NCBI GenBank assembly: GCA_964016885.1
Contig: OZ024743.1
Coordinates: 348,564,001 to 348,628,000, forward strand
DNA from: Eledone cirrhosa
Lineage: Eukaryota
Direction of reading: 5' to 3'
Length of the DNA stretch: 64,000 bases
The notes under the pieces were generated by a model. The model did not search any database and was not told the origin of the DNA. It worked only from the letters and a program-made list of their open reading frames with translations. Positions 26,986-42,279 of this stretch are shown here, one piece after another; the stretch's first letter is position 1; every line of letters begins with the position of its first letter. The translations under genes and the position numbers were made by a program.

Positions 26986-28149
26986 GTATATATATATATA
27001 ATTTCAAAAAAGCCCTCCTGAATAAATCTTCAGAATATAAATACGTAGTAGTTTTTAGAGGTTGACTTAAGTGATGGGACTGTCCGTCTTTTCGTTATTA
27101 TTTTCCATTGATCTTGTCCCGTTGGACTCTATTTTGAATTTATATTATAAAGGCTTGCGGGATTTTCTGTTAATGATAATATAATAGACATCACACTACC
27201 CGGCTTGTTTTCCTCTGATCACTCTTCTTACCTTTTCTACGACTCGGTGCCCTTCTTTTGCTGCACGCTGGACTACTGTCCTTATTATTCTCTTCTGTTT
27301 TACTATTTCTCTCCTTTCTATATTTTCTGCCTTTCCCTAAGCCTTTGCGCAAACTATATTTATGTAATTTAACCAAATGAAGAACTTGTATCTGCCTGAT
27401 TTGTTATGTCCCAGTTTGCTCATGAATGAACGGTATCGACGACAATGCACTGAAACCGTAATTTGGGATGGTCATGCTGCCAATAAAAACACACGCACCT
27501 GTTGGTTTTCAGATCAATGTATTAGAAACTACCAGTTGGTTTGTATATACCATAAAATGTGCGGAGGAACCCTGTAGGAATAGGAATATAACTTACGTAG
27601 TAGCATAGGGGAAAAAAGATAAATGAACACTAGCGAGAACTACAAAATGGGAAGAACTCCTCAGTACTCCAGCAAAATACCAGAATGAAATATAGGGGTA
27701 CATTAGAGAACATAGAAATAATAATCCTATCCACAAAAAAGACGCAATGTTCTAACAGATTACAGGAGCTAGAAACATAAACGAACTCCAACCAAAACTA
27801 AAGAGTAAACATGAGTGGAATAGCAACAACACCACAACAAGTAATGACAAGATAAAAACATACAGAGACACAGAAGAACCAAAATAATCAAACAAACAGA
27901 CACACAGATAGAACAAGCATCCATACAATTATAAACAAATAAATAAACACACACACACATCGGAATATATTGCATGCACAACCCAAGTATAAAACCGACT
28001 GTTCACAAAAACAAGATGGCGTCGGATAGAACAAACGAGTGATATATAAAATAACAAATTATTCACTGAAGAGTGACGAAATGGCTTTGAGAATAAACGA
28101 ATAAACAAACATCCGGCTATTACATTCACCAACTGGACATTTATAATTA

Positions 28150-29172
28150 ATTGAAGTGAAAAACCAACATTTAACATATGCAGCGCTGTGAAGCAGGCTT
28201 GTTGGCTAGACCCCACCATGTTCGAAATCTTTTTCGCAATCATACTGAAACATGCATTTGAAACGTCAACTGGAAGTGTGTACCTCCACACTAGATCATA
28301 AGGAAACCTGTTCAGTCTGTCAAAGCTGACCGTAAGAGCCAAGGTTCGTCAAGTACTCATCAAAGTATTGCTGTGTATGGATGACGCAACATTGGAAAAT
28401 GCAGGAGCTCAAGGAAAAAAAGCTGACGGTGTCCTGCCAGAAATTCAGCCTCACCATTAGCCTGAAGAAAACTACAACTGAAGTTTGTCCAATAATTCAT
28501 CTACCTTGGCTCACCATCACTGACATCCGCTCCCTGACCCTACGATCAGCATGATTTCTAGAGGAACAACCTACACTTTTCCGAGACCGAAGAAGAGACT
28601 AGGACAACTGACAACTTACGAAAAATACCAATATTTCTGTCTACAAGGCTTGTGTGTTAGCAGACTACTTTACTGGAGTCCCCATTCCAAACAGGAGTGG
28701 CGTCTCAATGACTTCCACCTTCGTAGACTGAGGCACATTTTGGATAGCAAGTGGGCCGCCATGGTCACCATCACTGAAGTTATCAACCACACCAAGATAC
28801 CTAGCATATTCTCCCCGCTACAACAGTGCAGCATGCACTGGCTTGGTCACTTATATTTTATGCCGGATAGGAGGATCGTCAAGGGACAAACTCTATGTAG
28901 AATTAGTAACAGGCACAAAAGCACGAAGGCGACATCATCTTAATTTCAAAGACGTCTGTAGGAAAGATATGAATTCAATACATCTGGTCATCCAGGGATG
29001 GGAGGAGATCGCTAAAGATAGTCCATGATGGAGACGAGTACTGCGTTGTGGGATAGAGCTCGGGGAAGAGAAACTGAAACTTGCCTCAGAAGAAAAGAGT
29101 GTTTGAAAAAAAAAAAGGCAGCAGCAGCCGAGGAGAGCATCTTAAAATGCAATCGCTGCATACAGAACTGTC
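28150..29172 (+). mobile_element. Degenerate RTE/BovB-like LINE, 3' half
   Basis: Frameshifted VKQAC/GC, YLHTRS, LCMDDA, FSLTISLKKT, YLG, FHLRRLRHIL, MHWLGH, LYVELVTG..FKDVCRKDM. Confidence 0.85.
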
Positions 29173-29499
29173 ACTGAACATCACGTTAAGGGTGAAAGCA
29201 GCAATCCTTTTGCTTCAACTTTAATCTGTTCTTCTAATAAATATTTGCTCTACGGGTTTATATATGTATATATGTATATGTATATAATATATATATATAT
29301 ATATATATGCGTGCGTGTGTGTGTGTATGCTTGTGTACATATTACCTACCGAAAAGTTAAATAGACTGGTATGTGTATATATACACACATACTCATACTC
29401 ATATATAGATTCATAAGAAAGAAAGGGAGAAAGAGAGAAAGATATGTCTGTCTGTCCTATACAATTAACTCTTACATGGATCATATAAATATAATATAC

Positions 29500-29595
<96 letters not shown>

Positions 29596-29628
29596 GTATA
29601 TATGTATATATATACAAATACAGTATTT

Positions 29629-29716
<88 letters not shown>

Positions 29717-30167
29717 TGTATGTATATATATAAATATATATGTGTGTGTGTTTGAATATATGCATGCATATATGTGTGTGTACATGTGTGTGTACATGTG
29801 TGTGTAAGTAAAATTCTTTATAAAGCGTTTTTATGTATATCCCTTTATTTTACCTTGTCAGTTTCTTTGGCACAAATTTCCGCTATCATAACTTGATACT
29901 CACTTCATTCCTCATTCTTTTTCGTAGACATCCAAACATCCATCCAACCATACATACACACACTCACACATCTACACAAACATCTACACATGCAAGCACA
30001 CACACACACACACATATTTATATGTAAGCGTTATATGGTTGTGTGTATTTAGGGATGTAGATACACATGCATATTACTGTATGTTTATGCTTGTATATAT
30101 TGGTCCATTTAATCGTAAATGGCAGAGAACCGACAGGCGTTGAAGAAGCGGAAGACATACCATTCAC

Positions 30168-30203
30168 GACTGCTGCTGCTACTGATGTTACTGCTGCTGC
30201 TGT

Positions 30204-30251
<48 letters not shown>

Positions 30252-30273
30252 AACTACTACCAACTACTGCTGG

Positions 30274-30320
<47 letters not shown>

Positions 30321-30476
30321 ACACCACCACCACCACTACCACTACTACCACCAGCTCCACCACCACCTCCAATACTACTACTACTACTAATACTACCACC
30401 GCCACGATCACCACTACCACAACCACCACCACAACCACCACCACAACCACCACCACCACCACCACCGCCACCACCG

Positions 30477-30536
<60 letters not shown>
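30168..30536. repeat. Compound (CTG)/(CTA)n/(CCA)n microsatellite
   Basis: Direct inspection. Confidence 0.95.
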
Positions 30537-31627
30537 GGAAACGCCGAAGAACGGCATTGAATGTCAACATTCCATTTCCAGTAAAAATTATATGATGATT
30601 TATTTGGGTGTTTGGAACCATTGGCAGAGGCAGGTCATCTGTTGTATAGTCTTTTTCGGGAGGTGATAAATCATACGATTGTACAAGGAAGGACTGCATA
30701 AAGCAGACGGCACCGTGATCAGCTAGAAATAGAGGAAGAGGCTGATGACGAAGAATAGCAACAACGATATCTGATTAACAAATGGTCATGAATGTTTCTG
30801 AATAATGATTGATTAAGTGTTATCAAATAAATAAAATAATAAAAACATCTACAAAAAGAGACAATGAGATATACATAGAATGAAATAAAATAGCACGTAT
30901 TCATTAATGCCTTACGGTTCTTGACAATCTTTTGGCTGGATTTGCCCTCTAGATTGTTTCAAGGCGTATACTGAGTAGTCCATGTCTTTCTCAATCTCTC
31001 CTATAGCTTCCAACCTCTCATTGGTCGGTCGGGTTTGTTGACCGTGCATCTACCGTCAATACGACAATTACACAATATGGCAGCAGATAGAACCGACCGT
31101 CAGTGAGTGGATGGCAGAAAAAAAGTCTCAAATAATAATTCTTTACTCAATGTCTCTCATTCTCTTTCAAGCACCCCTTCCTCCCTTCAGTATCTCTTCT
31201 TTAGAATTTCAGCACTATTTCTCTCTCTGTTTACTTAATTTCATTTCAAAAATCACTTTTCTCACATCTTCAGCGATTTAGATTTTCTTACTCCACATCT
31301 TGATTTCTGCAATCAATTTGTCTATTAAAATCCCTGTTTCGCACCTTCTATCTTTAATTCACGCTCAATACCTACCACCCCCACCCCACCATACACACAC
31401 ACACATACACAACACACACATATATATATATATATGACTTCTACTTGAAAAGAACTGTTTCAGTCGTATGAAATCACGAGGAACGATTTCATATGAATGA
31501 AATAGTTCAAGTCCTATAGAACTCAATTCTCTATGTAATAAAGATGCCTATTCTCTACCAATGCATTGAGTGCATTATCTAACTGTGGTTTCCGCCCACC
31601 GACGCTACTCGGGACTATATATACATG

Positions 31628-32126
31628 TATATATGCTGGCTGCAAACTCTGCTAAGAGTACTGAAATCGCTTGTCATTTTATAGAGTTTGATGCACTTTT
31701 ATGCTACGGCCAGTCATACAAACCTGTAACATATCCTGAACAAGCAATGCCTGTGCTTTGAAGGGTTTTTTAAGTGGAGAAAGGCCTTGCACACGACCAA
31801 TCCCACTCTCTGAGCATCAAAAACACTACCCAAAAAGGATAATTGGTCAACATCATGGGATGCTTCCGAAGTCGCAGGTTTTCTTTTCAGAGTTTTCCTC
31901 TCCTAGATAGATGTTGTGAATACAACTGGGAGCCTCTCACTCCCAGGTTAAAAAAAAAGTACTATTTGGATGGCCGTTGACTGTTGAGTTCTTCCGCCCC
32001 TTGCCGGGTCTTGTATTTCATCCCGCATGGTGTCCAAATATCACCCTCGTCACTAAGCAAGCTCTGTGGGTTTGCCGGTTTAGTCACCGACGACCTTGCC
32101 AATAGCACTCGAGAGCGACCGGACAT

Positions 32127-32127
<1 letters not shown>
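31628..32127. repeat. Dispersed repeat, also at ~45374-45738 and ~57808-58108; possibly the antisense 5' UTR of an RTE
   Basis: Shared TGGCTGC..GAGTA, GCAATGCCTGTG, CCAATCCCACTCTC, TCAACATCAT; two copies also share TCTCCTAGA..GGAGCC..CACTCCCAG. Confidence 0.65.
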
Positions 32128-32163
<36 letters not shown>

Positions 32164-32196
32164 AGACAAAGACACAGACACACACACACACACACG

Positions 32197-32286
<90 letters not shown>

Positions 32287-32287
<1 letters not shown>

Positions 32288-32681
32288 CTCATATATATAT
32301 ATATATAAAGTTGTAGTTCCTGTCTGTCTGTTTGTTCACAAACTCCTCCTATGGTTTTGGAGATAGACCCTCATAACTATATATATTCTGAAACTACATT
32401 GCCCAGGGTACTTCGATAAGTATATTTCATTTTAATCAAAGGGTTCCCCGGGGGCAAAAACCCCTGCTGAAAATTTGTTCCCTTCGATTTATATGAAATT
32501 TAAGCCATTGGTAAATGACAAGATATGATGCCTATTCACAACATTTCAACAAATCTCAATAATATTAAGACACACTAGTGGAGTTTTTCTCCATAAATTA
32601 TGTCCCTGATTTAAAATCAATCATCATTTTCTAACAAAAAAAAATCTGAGAAACGCAGCAAGGTGCGGGTAATTCGGCTAG

Positions 32682-32682
<1 letters not shown>
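32287..32682 (+). mobile_element. Non-autonomous Helitron
   Basis: 5' TC..ATATATATAAAG..TGTCTGTCTG; 3' CGCAGCAAGGTGCGGG hairpin followed by CTAGT. Confidence 0.72.
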
Positions 32683-32745
<63 letters not shown>

Positions 32746-32781
32746 CTAGCCGAATTAACAGCGCCTTGCTGCGTTTCTTAG

Positions 32782-32826
<45 letters not shown>

Positions 32827-32967
32827 AATATAATAAATACATAATAACTTTAATACATATTCCGAATGACATAATATAAAAATGTTATATATAGTGAAAT
32901 GATAGTTTTCAAGTCTTTCGGCTTCAAATGGTGTAACACAACAATGCTGGCTGGAACTGATTAACGG

Positions 32968-33265
32968 GGCAGTATCGGTAGTGGGTCGGACGCCAAGATT
33001 TGCAGCATAGTTAGGTCCCTTTACGGTCTGAGTTCAAATCTCGTCGAGGTTAACTTTGTCTTTCATCCCTAGAGGGTCAATAAAATAAAGTACCAGTAAT
33101 GCACTGTGGTAATTTCTGGCCTTGTGCCAACACTAGAAACAATTATTAAACATAAAACCTGAGGTTAACTTTGCCTTTCATCCTCACAGGGTCGATTAAG
33201 TAAAGGACCATTAATACACTGGGATAATTGATGGCTTTGTGCGAAACGTAGAAACACTTATTATT
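32968..33265 (+). mobile_element. Main-family SINE plus a tandem 3'-half copy
   Basis: Full copy 32968-33148 and partial copy 33160-33265. Confidence 0.85.
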
Positions 33266-33767
33266 TATAGTGAGATTTGAGTGATTGTACGTTTTTTGCG
33301 ACAATTGGATCTCAGGTTATGAGATGTACTTCTTTCGGTAACTTGAAAATTGAGCCATCTTACAGATCCTTGACCCGCTAAACTATATACATTCGAATTA
33401 GACAGCCTCCCCCTCCCGTTGTCACTTCTTAGAAATATTTTGACGAAAGTGTAATTTGCATACACATAGATTAGGTAACCGAGAATGCACTACTGTATCT
33501 ATAACTTCATATATAATATGAAGGCCTGTAAACATACCGCAAAGATACGAACCGATCGTTGGAGCTAGTTGGGCCCACGTGAGAAGACGTGTTTCTAAAA
33601 ATAAAATACGAGGAAACACATATTTGATGGCGTTATATATCCATTCGCTCATAGTATTATACGGAAATGGAAGAACTAATTTACATATACATAGCGGTCT
33701 TGTTGGTACTTGATATATTAAAAAGTGCGATAGCAGTCGAAATGGACGATAACGTTATACCATGTAC

Positions 33768-33804
<37 letters not shown>

Positions 33805-34005
33805 TCTCTGTGAGTGTGTGTGTGTGTGTATGTGTGTGTATGTGTGTGTGTATGTGTTTGTGTGGGATAAAGATACTCGGCATGATTTTGCTTTTATCTA
33901 TCTTTCCATCTAATGTTATACTCATCTATATTTTTTTTTCACATATACATATATATATATATATATACACACACACACCACAGATGTGTGCAGACACGGA
34001 GACAG

Positions 34006-34112
<107 letters not shown>

Positions 34113-35239
34113 CCGCCTTCTCTTCCCTACTACCACATCATTACTTCGTAGTCTTGTCTATTGTTCAACAGATCTTTTTAACCTCCTTTATTTTCTTTAC
34201 ATATATTTCTCAGTCAGTGAACTCTCCTTCCCTCTTTTTAAAAAATACAATTTCATTCTTATTTTCCTCTCTTCTACTCTTTACCACATAATTATATACC
34301 TCCTCCTATCTTTGTATCAGTTTTTTCTTACTTCAGGGATATTTGTTTTACGTTTTTTTTTTTTCCGTCTGACTCACCTCAAATAAGTCACGTCTTTACT
34401 TTTACAATTTTCGCTTATTATGTATTCTAATAGCTGAATGGTTAAAAAGCTGCTTCGTAAACTCTATGTTCAGGATTCAAATCCATTTTGAGCAAGGAAC
34501 CTTTTCCAAAATCTCGATTTGATTTAAATCTTGTTAATGAAATAGGGTATACTCACAATATTTGGTCACCCGTGATGGATCACATCTCTAATTCAAAGCT
34601 ACTGCTTTGTCATATACTGTGTCACTTTAATTCACGAGCCAAACAGCTTAATGCTCATCGTCGAAACGTTGAATCATTCAGAAAATAAATTCCATCTCTA
34701 TATATATACTGTACATTAACCATTTACACTCTCCGTATGTTTTCTTTAATCGTATTTTCTCACATGTTCTATTCTCGTTTACATTTTCTTCCTCATTCTT
34801 CAAACTCTTTCCCTCCATAAATTGCTTCCTTTCTACCAAATTTAATTCTCGTGCTAATATTCTGAAACCACATTCGTCTCTTTTATCGCTATTCTTATCT
34901 AGGAGCTGCCTCGACCTGAGACCATGTTTTGTAATGTAGAAATTACATTCTGAATAAGAATTTTAACCATTGAAAAATCACAATATTTTACTAAATATAT
35001 GTAATATTTATTTATTTTGGTGTTAAATTCGTTGTCACGTATTTTGCGAACTGGTTACTAACACAGTTCGGCAGCACATGACTTGAAATTTGCTTAGCTG
35101 CAAGTCTCTAACAAGGTGTTACTGAATCCTATTCCCTTTCTTTATTATGCCCAATATTTCTCTCCTAAGCAACTTTTCTTCTACTGCTTCTATTTTCGTA
35201 TTGATTTTGCTTTCTCCCCATTAATATATATATATATAT

Positions 35240-36137
35240 ATATATATATAAACGGAAAAATGAAACGAAATTTAATTTCCCACTCTTAATACGGCTGTTA
35301 CTTAATATAAGTATGTACACGTACATACATATATGCATACAGACATACAGTAATATGTATATATATATATACATACATGCACACATATATATCTGTACGT
35401 ATGGATTCACCGAACATTTATTATATTGTTCGGTGTGTTTGTAAACAAACATCACGTACTAAGCCGTAGTGTCTAGCAACCATCGTTGCTCGTCTGTTCA
35501 ACACTGACAAAGGAACGCCGTACTAGTTTCAAGCTTATTAGCTTATTACTTAAATATAAGTATGTACACATACATACATATATGCAAACACACCGAGCAT
35601 TATAATAAATGTTCGGTGAATTCATACGTACATATATATATGTGTGCATGTATGTATATATATATACATATTACTGTACGTCTGTATGCATATATGTATG
35701 TACGTGTACATACTTATATTTAAGTAAGAGCCGTACTAAGAGTGGGAAATGAAATTACCTTTCATTTTTTCCGTTTATCGTTTTCGGTGCACCCGGCCGA
35801 TTAACCCACTCGATATGCAAATTGGGCTACTCAGCCGTTAATATGCATAAGGTAAGTATATACGTTCAATAATCTGGCAGGAAGGTATACGTTGCTGACG
35901 ATAGCTAATAAGCTTGAAACTAGTATAGCGTTCCTTTGTCAGTGTTGAACAAACGAGCCACGGTGGTTGCTGGACACTACGTCTTAATACAGGATGTTTG
36001 TTTACAAACACACCGAGCATTATAATAAATGTTCGGTGAATCCATACGTACATATATATGTGTGTGCATGTATGTATATATATATATATACTACTGTACG
36101 TCTGTATGCATATATGTATGTACGTGTACATACTTAT
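35240..36137. repeat. Cluster of one non-coding repeat family in mixed orientation; another copy at 39700-40025
   Basis: 35240-35545 is the inverse of 35585-35777 and 35903-36137. Internal hairpin ACCGAACATTTATTATATTGTTCGGT. Confidence 0.8.
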
Positions 36138-36149
36138 ATATATATATAT

Positions 36150-36514
36150 ATATAAGGTGAGTAATATTGTAGAAGAATAAAACTATGCATATATCTGATA
36201 TGTAGCACTCAACAGTAGGTAGAACTGGAGTATATATAATAAAGATGAAATAAAGATGGTTATAATAGTTCCATATATTTTATTATACGTATTTCGAATA
36301 CAAAGTCTTCCTGGGACAAAAATTATGTTTCCTTCAGATAAAAAATAAGGTACAATGTTATGAGACATAATAGCACTTGTTTATAGGATAGTGCGAAGTC
36401 TACATATGACAGAAATATATGTTTTAATACTATAGTAAGGAATAGATAGGAAAAGAGAAGAAAAGGAAAGAAGAAGAGAAAAAACGAAAAAGTAAGAGAA
36501 GAAAACAAAGAAGG

Positions 36515-36587
<73 letters not shown>

Positions 36588-39500
36588 TAGAGAGAGACGT
36601 TTGTTCAGGAACGCTGTCAAATTGAAAACAGCTGTAAATAACGGTTAAAAAATAAATTTATGAGGTGTATATGCGAATATTATAGAAGGTATTCAAATAT
36701 TAGAGGTCTAAATATAGAAACTGGGTATATTATTTTAAATTGGGTTTAAATACTACATTGGTTTAACAAGTGTAAAAATGTATTAATAAAATAAATCTAA
36801 AAATATTTTTATTAAATAAAATAAAAATAGTCTATCTATGTCACAGTTAATAATTTCTAGTAAAAATATACATGTGCGGTATACTATTTAAGTTTTATTT
36901 TATATCATCTTGTAAATAAAGGAAATTACTAGAAGGATTTATAAACGTAGAAAAAACGTAGAGAAAATCTATTATAATATGACGTCATCTTTTGTTTACA
37001 AAATCTACGAATATTTGAGCGAACACACATCTAAAGCTATACAAAAGAAAATCAAAGGCTTAATATATAATCAGAAAACCAAAATAATACATTGTAGAAT
37101 AAAATGAAAGAGGTGTAAAGATAACAGTAACTCGGGGAATATGTTATAGGACATCAGCTATATACTTAGTGAAATATCTTGTTGGATTTATGCTTAGAAA
37201 GTCCAAATAAATCGGTTCTTCGATTTATTATTGTGTTCAAATTCGAGATAATGTTAAATTTTTCAGCTAAACATAAATTACAAACACTAGATATGGAAGC
37301 ATTGGAGTATGGAGATGCGTTGTACATTTTACGCCAAGAAATTTCGTAATTTATGTTTTTGTCTTTTAAGGACCAAATAAGTTCTGAGAGTGCGACGCTG
37401 GCCCTTTTAAGTGGAAATTTAAATGTAGAAAAATGATTATAGAATCGTGCTTTAAAGGAGGTAGAAGTAGAGGCAACGTAGGTATAGGAATTGGTACTAG
37501 TTACCTCTTTACATTCGTATAATAGGTTTTTATCGAGACAGAAATTACTAAGAGGAAAATTAGTTCTAATAGGGCAGTTGCATTTACGATTAAGATTATT
37601 TACAGAGTTATTGGCAAATGGCCCAGGATTAATGATATTAGTATCAGGAGTGGTGGAATTAACTAAAGGAAGTGCACAATTTTCTAGATTTACATTACTA
37701 TTAAGATGCCTTCCTCAAAGGTACTTTTGGCGTCGTATTTATACTTGAGTTATTTTGCCTAGAATTTACATTGATGTCACGCCTTATACTGTTATTATTA
37801 TGACTTTCATGGTTGGATGCATATGAATTATTACTTAATATTTTAGAATTATGTCTTGAGATCATTTTTGAAATGTTCGAAGTAGTAGAATACGAGAATT
37901 TAATAGTATGGCTATTGAGAATCTTGCTATATATATATATATATATGTGAAGGGGGGAAGCTGTTATGTAATACCCTAAAAAATAATTTAGGGATATTAT
38001 TAGTAACGGAAAGAGAGAAGGGAGCGTTGTACCAAAGGATATTTTTATATCTAGGTCTCCTACTTTTCTTATTTTCTTAGCAGTATAATTATTACTAGCA
38101 CCATTACTAGAGTTATTATAACCTCTGCCAAGATTATGTTCTTTAGTATACCTAATTTTGTCTAGATATCCAAACCTAGATAGCGCATTATTATAATAGT
38201 TGGCATTAGCTCCGAAAATATCCTTATTAGAGGATAAATTAGAAATTTCTTTCCCTACGCTTTTGACTATAGCAGTTTTAACGTTATTAGTGTGGTTAGA
38301 TTTAAAGTTAACGTAATTTAATTTCCCATTATCATTATGATATGGGTAATAGGGCGGTGAATTGGCAGTATCGGTAGAGGGTTGGACGCCATGCTTTGAT
38401 GCATAGAGTTACGGCCCTTGCCATTCTAAGTTCAAATCCCACCTAGGTTAACTTTGCCTTTCATCCTTACGGTGTCGATAAAATAAAGTACCAGTAATGC
38501 ACTGGGATAATTGCTGGCCTTGTGCCAAAAGTAGAAACAATTATGATATGGGTAATATAGGCCGGTATCTAGATTAAGGGTTATATCAAGGAAATTTGCT
38601 AGTTTATCATTATTCTCGAATTCAATTTTTAAGTTAAGATGCTTAAATAGATCAAGTATTATTTTCTTAAATATTTTAAAGTTTACAGTATTACAATTGG
38701 AGACAGTAAAGAGAGCATCATCACGGTAAATCCCACCGCGAAGTTGGGGTATTTTCCAGTTTAAAGAATTCAAGAGGAAATTTCCAACTAAGTCGGTCAG
38801 TAGAGCTGAATCCGAAGAACCCATGGTGATGTTGAAATTGTTGGATGTATCTGCTCTTGTCCAATATTCGTTCTTAAATTCCAAGATGGTTTTCCTAGCG
38901 GTGAGAATGATGTTTATTTCTTAACTAGTAATGTCCATATAATTTAAAGCATATGAGAGAGCCTTTTTAGGAGCGAAGGAGAAATAGAAGAGTAATAGCT
39001 AGCAATGCCTAATTGAATAAATGTCAGTCTATAATTTTAATTGAGATTTATTCTTAACCTGTGGGATAATTCTATCCAAGATGGATTTACTAACAACCTC
39101 TAAGTCAGATTTAGAAGGGGCAATTAATCTTACAGGCATGTCCGTTCGAAAATTTATTTTATGATCCTTAAGACTAATCATCGGAGTTCTTGGGGAGAAG
39201 GGTTTTTTTTTTCTCAATTCCGAGGTTGGTTACTATATCATATGCTTCTCTATGGATATAATCCAGATTATCGTGCGTAGTTTTACGATAATTTTTTCTT
39301 AGTTCCTTAAGGATAATGTTATTATATTTATCCTTACTTATGCCATATAAATTATTTGTTTTGTCAGAATGAACTAATTCTTTTTTAGAAGAATTAAGGT
39401 CATTAATTTTATTCTTAAGCTGGATAAGGTGTCCCTGGCCTCGATAAGGGTTTATTTTGACTTTAAGTCCTCGTATAATTTTAGTTAATTCGTTTTCAAA

Positions 39501-39690
39501 ATGTACTAAGTTTTTATTAAATGGAGGAATTCTACCGGAGTTAAGTAATGAATCGAGGTTATTATGTTCCTATCTATAAACATTTCCTTTAAAGCCTACG
39601 CAAGAAAAAGTCCGTTTTTCTCTATCAACAGTTTTGTGTACTCAGCTTTTCCCGCTATAGGTATGTCTTTAAGTGATGTTATGATGCTGT
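36150..39690 (-). mobile_element. Near full-length degenerate Penelope-like element (RT + GIY-YIG + HHR-bearing 3' region)
   Basis: SLKDIPI N-terminus (~39670), SLKDHK..VRLIAPSKSDL, FNITMGSSD..GIYRDDAL..NFLDITLNL, CNCP..CL..LLYEC..YVAST..KARFYNH (~37430-37590). HHR at 36283-36340. Confidence 0.9.
38352..38541 (+). mobile_element. Main-family SINE nested in the PLE RT, with 18-bp TSD
   Basis: TSD ATTATGATATGGGTAATA at 38334-38351 and 38540-38557. Confidence 0.92.
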
Positions 39691-39800
39691 ACTAATCGAA
39701 CAAAAGGGCGACGATGTTTGCCGAGCACTGTACGGCGTAATTCGGGCTATTTATTTACAAACAAACCGAACATTATAATAAATATTCGGTAAACCCATAC

Positions 39801-39903
<103 letters not shown>

Positions 39904-40029
39904 CATGCATGTATATATATACATACTACTGTACGTCTGTACACATATATGTATGTACGTATACATACTTATATTTAGGTATCAGCCGTACTAAGAGTGA
40001 GAAATGAAATTTCGTTTCATTCTTTTCCA

Positions 40030-40167
<138 letters not shown>

Positions 40168-40379
40168 GTGTGTGTTTTAATATAAAAGGTATCTTGAATT
40201 GGATGTTCGTTTCGAGTCTTACTTTTGGTAATGACCGAAGGAATACGATCGTGAATACAAGCGGTGAAAATGGGATTTTAGTGTAACGTTACCCGATAGG
40301 ATCGTAATTGGGAGATCACGGAGTCGCTCCAAGTGATGCAGTTCGGTACCCAAACCGAGTGTTCACAGCTTCAGTTCGA

Positions 40380-40799
40380 TGGACATGTGGTCAGAATGTC
40401 TCAGGGATAAATCACTGTTTATATTTTACTGGAAAAACAACCGATAGGAGACCCGGAAGTAAATCGTTCGCAAAGTGGCTGAATAAAATCCATGAAGTAT
40501 TTTTGCCTCTCATATGATCAAGCCAGGACATCTGAAGACTGTTGCATCTGACAGGACCCTCTCTGAAGAAGAAGAAGAAGAAGAAGAAGAAGAAGAAGAA
40601 GAAGAAGAAGAAGAAGAAGAAGAAGAAGAAGAAGAAGAAGAAGAAGAAGGAGGAGGAGGAGGAGGAGGAGGAGAAGAAGAAGAAGAAGAAGAAGAAGAAG
40701 AAGAAGAAGAAGAAGAAGAAGAAGAAGAAGAAGGAGGAGGAGGAGGAGGAGGAGGAGAAGAAGAAGAAGAAGAAGAAGAAGAAGAAGAAGAAGAAGAAG

Positions 40800-40830
<31 letters not shown>
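40380..40830 (+). repeat. Possible LINE 3' fragment followed by a compound (GAA)n(GGA)8(GAA)n(GGA)8(GAA)n tract
   Basis: GKTTDRRPGSKSFAKWLNKI weakly resembles the RTE C-terminal G-R-P..W motif. Purine tract 40565-40829. Confidence 0.55.
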
Positions 40831-41855
40831 GAAAAGTATATAATAAGAGAGAGAGAGAGAGAGAGAGAGAGTGCGTGTGAGAAAGAGTAGGGGAATCGAG
40901 ATTTATATTTATATAAATATACAACTATCCAATGAATTTATATTATTCCATTTATGTGCATGGTGTCAATTGACTCTTTGTCTTTCCAATGCCATTCAAC
41001 AGACACACCGCATGAGCTCGCACCAACTCTCGTGTACATCTATCTATCTTGTGCATGCGCGAGAGTATGTGTGCGTGTGTGTATGCGTATGTGTTTCGTA
41101 TGTGTCTGTGAATATTCATATATTATTCTCATCATTAACAGAATTTATGTCAACTTTCTGTGCTTACATGATTCCATTCGTTGGCACGAACATCCTCAAC
41201 GTATTATAGACTCTGTCTTTCTTTTATCTCGATTATACGGCTGGATGTCTTTCCAAACACTAACCACATTGTAGAATGCTCTCGGTGTAATTTATCGTGG
41301 TATCAGAAATATAGATGTTTTATATACTCGACAATACACAGGAGTAAAAGTCAAGATTGAGTAAATAGAACAAGATCATAACAAATAGTCTTCACAGAGA
41401 AGCAAGAATAATTAGTGATAATTTAAAAACTACTCGGTTACTAAACTAAATGATGAATAGATCAGTTTATTGACTAAGAATGATTTGAAGTGACACTCAG
41501 GTAGTGTGTGTATATGTGTGGTTTGTAAGCATCACCCTTCCAAAGTGTAAAAATATCTCACTCAACGTAGGATTTCATATTTAATAGCCTTGCCATACAA
41601 AGACAAAATTGAAGTATACGCACTCATATAACAAAAAAACAAAAAAAAACATATAAACATACACTAGTACAAAGATAGAATACACAAACATAAACACATA
41701 CACACAAACGCGAACACACAAACGCGAACACACACGCCAAACATTATACACACACGCAAACGCATGCGCAGAGACGGAGACAAGAATAAATAAATTAATT
41801 AAATATTAACGGCATAGACATTACAGTACAATACAATACAATTGGAGGAAACATA

Positions 41856-41910
41856 ATAGTACCACTGATGATGTTGCAGATGTGCAACGAAAGAATTTTG
41901 ATAGACTATA
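41856..41910 (+). ncRNA. Hammerhead ribozyme candidate
   Basis: CTGATGA(41865)-T-GTTGCA-GATG-TGCAAC-GAAA-GAATTTT; flanks ATAGT/ACTAT can pair. Confidence 0.7.
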
Positions 41911-42086
41911 TATATATATATACTTATATCTGTATTTTTAAAGGTTTGTCAGTCAATGATAAACATTGATTGCCAAATAAATTAACTATGGAGATATAAA
42001 AGATACAGAAGCAAAAACCAACCAACTGCATGTGTTCTGTTATTATTTCTGGCAATCTTATTACAACAATATGACCTTCCCCAAGT

Positions 42087-42279
<193 letters not shown>

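Noticed and set aside
30018-30699. Mucin-like poly-Thr ORF
   Set aside because: Frame-switching (CTA)/(CCA) microsatellite.
40514-40843. Poly-E/G and poly-K ORFs
   Set aside because: Trinucleotide tract with no splice or domain support.
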